A stretch of 62,586 nucleotides of DNA, counting the filler, from Malassezia furfur (lineage: Eukaryota), in NCBI GenBank assembly GCA_052055015.1. It is 11 parts of 11 records of this genome, joined end to end, with 100 filler letters (N's around TTAATTAATTAA, not from the genome) between each part and the next. Parts side by side here need not be neighbours in the genome. Positions count along the whole stretch, not along the records: positions 51,441 to 56,969 come from JBQJIT010000592.1; positions 57,070 to 62,586 come from JBQJIT010000593.1; 9 more parts are not named here. One strand, 5' to 3'. Shown here piece after piece: positions 55,022 to 62,586 of the stretch; position 1 is the first letter of the stretch; the number at the start of each line of letters is the position of its first letter. The position numbers were made by a program, and so were the translations under genes. Below the pieces are notes generated by a model that ran no database searches, was not told where the DNA came from, and saw nothing but the letters and a program-made list of their open reading frames with translations.

Positions 55022-55477
55022 CGGGACACGGGGCGGGAGGTCGCACACACACCCACCACGCTCTCAAACGGCCCACGGGAATGCAAGGGGAGCGGAGCCA
55101 GACACGCTCCTAAGCGGCACCGAGGGGACGGAGGGGTTTCGCAAATTTGCCCCTTCCGAGCACCGTGGTTCCTGCTTACAGCCACACGGACCCTGGCACG
55201 GATTGCGCGGCCGCGGGCGGCTCTTTTGATTTTCCTCCGCGCGTTGCGGCAACTACAATTCCCAACCATTCATTGCACAAATCACGCTCGCAGCGTGGCT
55301 CGTGTGTGCCGGACACGCTAATCGGGGACCTATTAGGTCGCTTGACACCGCGCTTGCATGCACGCTCGCAACCATGGTTAGTCAGCTGGGACCGGGCGTG
55401 CCGGGGTGTGGAGCGCCGCGGCGCGCCGCAGCGTCCAGCGAGGCGGGCGGTCAGGGCAAGGAGGGGTATCTAGGGTG

Positions 55478-56952
55478 CTACGTGCTCGTCGACGTATACG
55501 AGCTGAACGACGGCGTGACGCGCGACGCGTGCATGTACGAGGGGAAGTTGCGACTGGGGTAAGTACCTCCGACACGTACCGGCTCAGCATCAAGCCTTTC
55601 AGGCTGCGAATCTCGGCCTTGATCTGCTGCATCTCAGCAGCGGGCTGCGGCGTCGTGGCGGCACGCGCCTGTCCCAGGCCAAACGCACTGAATCGGCTGC
55701 CCACGGCACTCAGCGCATCCTCTTCCTCGAGCAGCCGCGCACGGACGTCGTTGCGGAACGATTCCATCGTGCCGTTCAGCGACCGCATCGCGCGCGTCGG
55801 CGCCACGGGCGGAATCGGGCTGTTCGCCTCGCTTTCGTGCGACGAGACCGACTCGGGCGCACCGAGGTCAATCAGGCCGTCGTCATCCGCTTCTAGATCG
55901 TCCGACACACTCGCGTGCGCTGTGCGCCGCTCGCCGCACTGGGCACGTGCGGCAAGGCGCAGCGTGTGCTGCAGCGTATCGAGCGCATTGCGAAGCGGCG
56001 CAGTGACGTCGATCGGCGCTAACTTCTTGATAGGCTCCGCGGGTTCGACGTCGGCATCCTCGGTATCGACGGCCTCGCTTCCCGGCGCTTCGGTGGGCTC
56101 GGAGACTTTTTCGGACGGCGGCTCCGACGTCGCGGCGGGGCCCGCAGGCGCCTTTTCCGGGTCGTGCGCCTCTGCTTCAGATGTGGCCTCGGTCTCGTCG
56201 CCCTGCGCCTTGGACTCAGAGGGCGCTTCGGGGGACACTTCGATCCACGTCGGCTCGTACTGCGGCGGAAGCAACGCACCCACTCGGTTCGCACGCAAAC
56301 TGGTCACGAGCTCTGCCAACTTGCCAAACTGTTCAAGCTGCAGGTGCACAAGGTTGGTGCGCGCGTCGATCATCTCTGAGAGGCGTGGCAGCACGTAGCG
56401 GCGGAACAGCGCGACACCAATCGTGGACAAAATACCGCCAAGCATCAGGACCCTGTGCAGGACACGGAAGAAATTGATGAGCACATCGTAGCGCGGCTTC
56501 ATCAGTGTCGCTGCATAGTTGGACAACACCTCGTTGGCATCGCGCGGCGGTGCCTGGCCCACGGAGTAGAGGGCAAGCGGCGAGCTCGGGTACGACGCCG
56601 GGGGCACCGGCGGGGGCTGAGCCGTCGCCTGGGGCTGCGGCGCAGCGCGCTCGATCGGCTCGTCAAACGAGCGTTTAGCACGATCGTACAGTGCATCGAG
56701 GTTCTCTTGCTCATGGTGCTGCATGGCCATGTAGGCATCGGTGAGCTGCAGATTCTCGGGCCGCTCGGCGTCGTGCCGGGCGTGCTCGATCTGCTCGTCG
56801 CTCATGCCCTTGCCGCGGAGAAACTCGCGCTGCTCATCCGTGACAGTGAGCGGCTGATTTGCGTCTTCCGGAGATGCATGCGAGCGCAGTGTCGTCAGGA
56901 AGCGCACTGCCTGCGCGTGCAGCGCGCTGTCCGGCGCCGCGTCCGACCCCAT
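55478..56952 (-). CDS. PEX14: Peroxisomal docking protein Pex14; exons 56952-55580 and 55553-55478
   Basis: Pex14_N 'AVRFL..QREFLRGKGMSDEQIEHA', hydrophobic segment, C-terminal 'IKAEIRSLKGLMLSRRNFP' after removing the 26-nt intron 55554-55579. Confidence 0.85.
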
Positions 56953-57069
56953 GGCGTCCGCGATCCGTGNNNNNNNNNNNNNNNNNNNNNNNNNNNNNNN
57001 NNNNNNNNNNNNNTTAATTAATTAANNNNNNNNNNNNNNNNNNNNNNNNNNNNNNNNNNNNNNNNNNNN

Positions 57070-57740
57070 CCCGTGCGCCGCGTCAGACCGGCGGCCGGCG
57101 CCTCGGCGGCGCGCGCGGCGCCCTGCAAAAAGCTCGTCGACTTGCGCAGCGACAGTGGTGCGCCCTCGCCCACGGGCGCATGCGCATGGCGCTCGCGCCA
57201 GTGTGCGACGCGCTCCCACGTCTTGGCCGCGTCCGGCCCTGCATCGGCGAGCAGGGGTGCGTGCTCGGTGCGGCCCGGCCAAAGGAGGCGCGACGACGAG
57301 CTAAGTGCCTTGGCACTCAGTACCTCGGCGCGGTCGGCGTGCGAGATGCGCTCGCGCACCGACGCCGTATCGTCGGCGCGGTGCCGGTGCGATGCGGCGC
57401 TCGGCGCACGTTCCTGGCGCGTGCGACCGGTGCGCGACGCGGGCGCCGCGGCGGGCGCGCCTGCGTCGGTTGCGAGCCATGCAGCAACGGCACTGCGGTG
57501 CGATGCGCTGCCGGGTGTGTCGTCCGCGTCGGGTATATGCGCGAGGCGGCGGCCGACGTCGGGGCGGTGGGACCGCTGCGACGGCGGCCGTGTGCTGCTT
57601 CCGAGCGAAGACGTGCTTGGCTTATCGCGTGGGGGGCGTGTGCGGGGACGCACGACACCGAGCGGGATGTCGGCGGTGCGGTCAATGTCCGCGTCCGCGT
57701 CGACGGCGTCGCCGCGCGCTCCACTCGTCTTCCCCACCAT
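57070..57740 (-). CDS. Uncharacterised protein, disordered N-terminal fragment (3' truncated)
   Basis: Open frame from ATG 57740 to the gap, divergent from ARP1; no recognised domain. Confidence 0.5.
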
Positions 57741-57814
57741 GGATGGGCCTCGAGACAACCCGCGGCACCAACACGCGTGGCTGACTAAACCTCGACGCGT
57801 CGCGACACGGCGGC

Positions 57815-59107
57815 ATGGCGTCCGAGTATGCGGACGTGCTGACGAACCAGCCGGTGGTGATCGACAATGTACGCCGTGCACCACTCACCACAGGGATCGG
57901 GCACCATCAAGGCAGGCTTTGCGGGGCAGGATACGCCGAAATGTTTCTTCCCGAACTTGTACGTCCGCACCTCCCCACATGCTCACCCAGCGTCGGGCGG
58001 CCCAAGCATGTGCGCGCCATGGCCGGCGCCGCCGAGGGCGATCGGTTCATTGGACGCTCGGCACAGGAGCTGCGTGGCCTGCTCAAAATCCGGTACCCGA
58101 TGGAGCACGGCATCGTGACTGACTGGGCGGACATGGAGCGCATCTGGAGCCACATGTACACCGACGAGCTCAAGACCCTCAGCGAAGAGCACCCCGTGCT
58201 CCTCACCGAGGCGCCGCTCAACCCGTGCGCGAACCGTGAACAGGCCGCTCAGATCTTCTTCGAGACGTTCAACGTGCCGGCCATGTACGTGAGCATCCAG
58301 GCGATCCTCAGTCTGTATGCGTCCGGGCGCACCACAGGTGTTGTGCTCGATTCGGGCGATGGTGTAACGCACGCCGTGCCCGTCTACGAGGGGTTTGCGA
58401 TGCCGCACGCAATCCAGCGCATCGACGTCGCGGGGCGCGACGTCGCACAGCACCTCCAGACACTCCTGCGCCGCGCAGGATACTACCTGCACACCTCGGC
58501 AGAACGCGAAATTGTGCGGGCCATCAAGGAGCAGCGATGCCAGCTGGCGCTCCCGGGGCACGACGACCACGACACCAAGCGGCCCGTCGAGTTTGCACTG
58601 CCGGACGGCAACGTGATCAAGCTCGGCGGGGAGCGTTTCCGGGCACCCGAGGTACTTTTCCGCCCGGAGCTGGTCGGACTCGAGGACGTCGGGGCGCACC
58701 AGATTCTCGCGGACGCCATCGCGCGCGCCGACATGGATTTGCGGCGTGGACTCTACGGGAACATTGTCCTGAGCGGCGGCACAACGCTCACGAAAGGTAG
58801 GCACGCGCTACTCACTCGCTAGGCTACGGCGATCGGCTGCTGCACGAGACGAAGCGACTTGCCCCGCCCGATCTCAAGATCAAGATCTCGGCCCCGCCGG
58901 AGCGCAAGTACTCGACGTGGATCGGCGGAAGCATTTTCGCGGGGCTGAGCACCTTCCGCAAGGTACGTTGGCGGTGCCGCACGCGACTGACCGCGCGCAG
59001 CTGTGGGTCTCGGCAGAGGAGTACCAAGAGGACCCCGACTGCATTCACAAGGTAGGTACGCACCGCCGCCAGGCCCGATGGCTTACACTTGCGTCTAGAC
59101 GCTGTAG
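57815..59107 (+). CDS. ARP1: Actin-related protein 1 (centractin); introns 57869-57893, 57959-57990, 58797-58822, 58963-59000 and 59052-59098
   Basis: Spliced '[42 protein letters not shown]', '[16 protein letters not shown]', '[15 protein letters not shown]'. Confidence 0.92.
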
Positions 59108-59438
59108 ATTATGCAACCTGCGTCTGTTCGCAGGATCAATGTGGAGATATCAACAAATCAGACGGCGCATGGCGCTGCAGGCGTCAGCCTTGGGACGGCT
59201 GGCCACGTGGAAGGATGCGGAATCGCAAATAGATTGGTTGGATCTCACGAAGGGCGCGACTCTCTGCCCTCGCCACGGCGGGGGTCAGGCGGCGCCTAGC
59301 CCCGCGGCGTCGCCAGAATTTTTTTCAGGTGGGGACGTATGCGCTGAGTCGGGGTGTGTCATTTGCCGCGCTCGAATCGTTGCATTTGACACCTAGGCAC
59401 ACCGCAGAAGCATCCTGCGCGGTGCGTCCTGGACGTGT

Positions 59439-61386
59439 ATGGCCACTCCGCCCTTGCATGGCGGATCCTCTTCTGAGATGCATCTTCCTGCCGGTGCGCG
59501 CGAGTCATTTGAGGTGCTCAGCGGGCTCTCTGAGCCGCTGGCGCCGCACACCGCCGACTCGCGCCGCGTGACGGACCTGCTGGATGCGAACCTGGACCAC
59601 AAAAGGCACTTTCGCGAGCCGCGCGACTATACCATCATCAAAAGCCTCGGGACCGGCTCGTTCGGCACCGTGTACGTCGCTGACTGGCAGAGTCCGCTGC
59701 CGAGCGGCGCCATGGTGCCGGCGATGCAGCACAGTCTCACGCGCCCCGCCTACGCGGGCAAGCGGCTGGTCGCCATCAAGCGCATGAAGAAGCCGTTTGC
59801 CGCGTGGGAGGACTGTATTAAACTGAACGAACTTCGCGTACGTGCGTTGGCTGACACAGTCTCTTTTGTTGATCCCCCCTCACGAACATATCATCCCCTT
59901 GTATGACGTATTCCTGCCACCACACACCCGCGAGCTGCACATTGTCTTTGAGTGCATGGAGGGCAATTTATACCAGCTCACCAAGACGCGCCGGGGCCGT
60001 CCCCTGGCCCAGGGCCTGGTCGCCTCCATCTTGCACCAGGTGCTCGCGGGCCTGCACCATGTGCACACGCACGGCTTCTTCCACCGCGACCTCAAACCCG
60101 AAAACCTGCTCATCACCACGACGGGCCTCGCCGACTACCCCGCGTTGCCCACGGGCGACGCCCGCGCGCCCGTGGAGCAGGACGTGCTGGTGGTGGTCAA
60201 AATTGCCGACTTTGGTCTCGCGCGCGAGATTACCAGTGCCCCGCCGTACACCGAGTACGTGTCCACGCGGTGGTACCGCGCCCCCGAGATCCTGCTGCAT
60301 GCGCCACACTACTCGCCTGCCGTCGACGTGTGGGCGCTCGGCACGATCGCCGCCGAGCTCGTTCTGCTCGAGCCGCTGTTTCCCGGCTCGGGCGAGATGG
60401 ACCAGGTGCTGCGCATCGCTGCGCTGCTCGGCAACCCGCTGCGTGCCTCGGCGCACGATGCCGCCGGCGTGCACTTCCGCGGCGGCGGGCGGTGGAGCGA
60501 TGCGGCAGCGCTCGCTGCGCCGCTCGGCTTCCGCTTCCCCGACACAGACGCGCCGCCGTTTGCGCCCCTATTTCCCGGACACGTGTCGCGCAAGCTGGTT
60601 CACCTGGTGTTTAGCATGCTGCGCTACGACCCCGCGGCACGCGTACTGCCAGACGCATGTCTGCGGCACGCCTACTTTGCCGTCGAGGCGCCGCTCCTCC
60701 ACCCGCGCTCCAAACTTGTGCCGCACGCCAACGTGCCCGGGCTGGTCAACGAGCCGGGTGCGGCGCTACCGCGCGGCGCGCATGCGTCGCCACGCACGTC
60801 TGCATCGTCGTCGCCCCGCCGTGCGCAGGACGAAGGCACACGCCACGGCGTCCCGGCACCGTATGCGCTGCACGAGCAGCTCCACAGTGCGCTGCACCTG
60901 CACGACGAGCCGCGGAGCTCTGGGGCGCCGGGCGACGCGTCGCCGCAGCTCGCGCGCCGACGCGCACCGGGCACACCCGTGCGCCGCGCGGGCGCCGGAG
61001 CCTCTGTGTCGCACGAGTCGTCGCCCGCACAGCTCCTCGCGCAGGAGCGCAGTGCGGCGCTGCGCGCGGCGTCGGGCACGGCGGAGCCTGCGCGCGCGTC
61101 CTCGCCGTCGTTCGCGCGGCCTAGCAGCGAAGGGCGCACGCCGACATCGCGGCGCGCGTCGCCCGCGCGCTCGGAGGCGAGCGGTGCGCCGGCGTCGCCG
61201 CACTTTCTCAGCTCGTGGGTGCTGCGCAAGGGTGGGCAGGCGCAGCGCCAGTCCAAAGAGGAGCAGCTCAAGCGCCGCGAGGCCGAGCTGCTGGCGATGC
61301 GCGAGCGCTCGCGCGCCGTGCTCCAAAAACGCTCGCAGATCCTTGCGCACGAAAAGCGCGGCGGCGGCATGTCGCCCACACCCTAG
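59439..61386 (+). CDS. IME2: Ime2/Crk1 (MAK/ICK-family) protein kinase; intron 59838-59859
   Basis: 'LGTGSFGTV', 'VAIKRMKKPF..WEDC', 'FFHRDLKPENLL', activation loop 'PPYTEYVSTRWYRAPE'. Confidence 0.9.
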
Positions 61387-61485
61387 CGGCCCCCGGCTGG
61401 ATGGACACACGTGGTCCGCCGTGGCGGTCTACGTACGATGCGAATAGCAACCCAAGACACTCACTGTGCCCCGTGTGCGTGCTAC

Positions 61486-62586
61486 CTAGTTCTTGTCCGT
61501 GCGGTCGATCCCCAGCGCGCGGTTCAGCCACGAGCGCTTGGCCGGCGCCGGTGCCTCGCCGCCGGGCGCTTGGCGCGCGAGGCTGTGCGTCGTGGGCGAG
61601 CGCGGCACCGAGGCCGACACGCTGCGGTGCACACCCGCGTCCGGCCCCGCCGCCGGCGCGCCCTCGTGTGTCGCGGCACTCGTGGCGCGCAGCATCGGCA
61701 CAGCTTCGCCGATCTTGGTCGGCATCGTGGGCGACGGCGCGTTGGGGAACACGGCGGGCGCCGGCACCGTTTGCGTCCTGTCCTGCGGCACCGCAACGAG
61801 CTCGGGGCCATGAGACACGGGCGCAGGCGCCCCGCGCGACGACACGGGCATCGGCACGCCCGATGGCGCACCAGTCGTGGGCGCCGAAGTGGGTATGTAC
61901 GCGAGTGAAGCGGAAGGTGTCATACGCGACGGTGGCGCACCCTCTGCGCTGCGGAACGCCGGCGTGGCGCCGTCCAGGAACGGCGCATACTGCGACTGGG
62001 AGCGGGTCATTGACGCGCTGCCCTCGCCACTCGTTGGACTTGCGGCAAGCATCGAGTCGCGGTACGGCGAGCGAGGGGGGATGGCCAGCGGCGACGGACC
62101 CTGCGCGGGCGACGTCCCAGACGTGGGCGAGGCCTTCGCAGCTGCGGGCATCCCCGTGGCGGACGATCCTCCCGTCGACAGCGGCGCTCGCGCGACGGGC
62201 GACAGGTCGGCCATCGACGGCGCTCGCGCCATGTACGATGCGCCTCCGACGGGCGGCGCACTGGGCAAGGGCGTTGCATGCGCCACGGGCGACACACCGT
62301 CTTCTGGCTGCGGTGCGCGGGAATTGGGCGGGGCGACCTGCATCACCTGCGGCGCACTCGCCACTGGCGGTGGGCCGGTCGACAACGAGGGTGACATGGC
62401 CGGCGGGATCGGCACGGCGGGCGCCATTCCCACCGAGCTCGCGAGCGTCGCTTGGCTCGACATGCTCGTGGGCGACCATGTCGATGGTGCATGCGCCGGT
62501 GCAGACGGCGGCGCGCCGCGGCCCGGCATTGGCACAGCGATCGGCATCGGCGTGGCGCGCGCGCCTGTCGAAGGGGCGGGAGGGGG
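61486..62586 (-). CDS. Pro/Ser/Ala-rich C-terminal region of an unidentified protein (5' part outside the window)
   Basis: Long open frame ending 'PAKRSWLNRALGIDRTDKN*', convergent with IME2. Confidence 0.6.
   Translation of the reverse strand, partial: PPPAPSTGARATPMPIAVPMPGRGAPPSAPAHAPSTWSPTSMSSQATLASSVGMAPAVPIPPAMSPSLSTGPPPVASAPQVMQVAPPNSRAPQPEDGVSPVAHATPLPSAPPVGGASYMARAPSMADLSPVARAPLSTGGSSATGMPAAAKASPTSGTSPAQGPSPLAIPPRSPYRDSMLAASPTSGEGSASMTRSQSQYAPFLDGATPAFRSAEGAPPSRMTPSASLAYIPTSAPTTGAPSGVPMPVSSRGAPAPVSHGPELVAVPQDRTQTVPAPAVFPNAPSPTMPTKIGEAVPMLRATSAATHEGAPAAGPDAGVHRSVSASVPRSPTTHSLARQAPGGEAPAPAKRSWLNRALGIDRTDKN

Noticed and set aside
55251..55264. AACTACAATTCCCA, matching the vertebrate ZNF143/THAP11 promoter motif
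   Set aside because: Single copy, and those factors are metazoan; treated as coincidence.

Overview
Eukaryotic, not prokaryotic: a very GC-rich (roughly 65-70% by eye), extremely gene-dense basidiomycete yeast genome. It is most consistent with Malassezia (inferred from compactness, tiny introns and protein features; the species cannot be determined). The window is an artificial concatenation of 11 contigs of about 5.5-5.7 kb, sorted by decreasing length and joined by N44-TTAATTAATTAA-N44 linkers, so gene neighbourhoods are meaningful only within a contig. About 37 housekeeping or regulatory genes or gene fragments are recognisable: CAND1, MET2, BC10, a WW/FF splicing factor, PKC1, SEN1, CDC27, CFD1, ADK1, REV1, SNU71, THO5, separase, RAD4/XPC, a Zn2Cys6 TF, IDO, DUG3, GET1, SCP2, MLP1, UFD1, CCT4, CUL4, BPL1, MRX11, RLM1, an MscS channel, POP3, INO80, PEX14, ARP1, IME2 and others. 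Highlights: (1) a 480-bp island of about 17% GC (30091-30570) with the hallmarks of a Malassezia centromere core, sitting directly between two divergent genes; (2) many ultra-short spliceosomal introns, down to 21 nt, with a fixed 5'SS-spacer-branchpoint-NCAG layout; (3) a centromere-adjacent gene with 8 introns whose lengths fall with distance from the AT core; (4) an adenylate kinase carrying an inserted 11-mer amphipathic repeat array; (5) a recurrent intergenic TTAGTCAGC motif and CACGTG boxes in minimal promoters; (6) near operon-like packing, including a 10-bp tandem spacer and overlapping stop codons; (7) a PTS1-like C-terminus on Met2.
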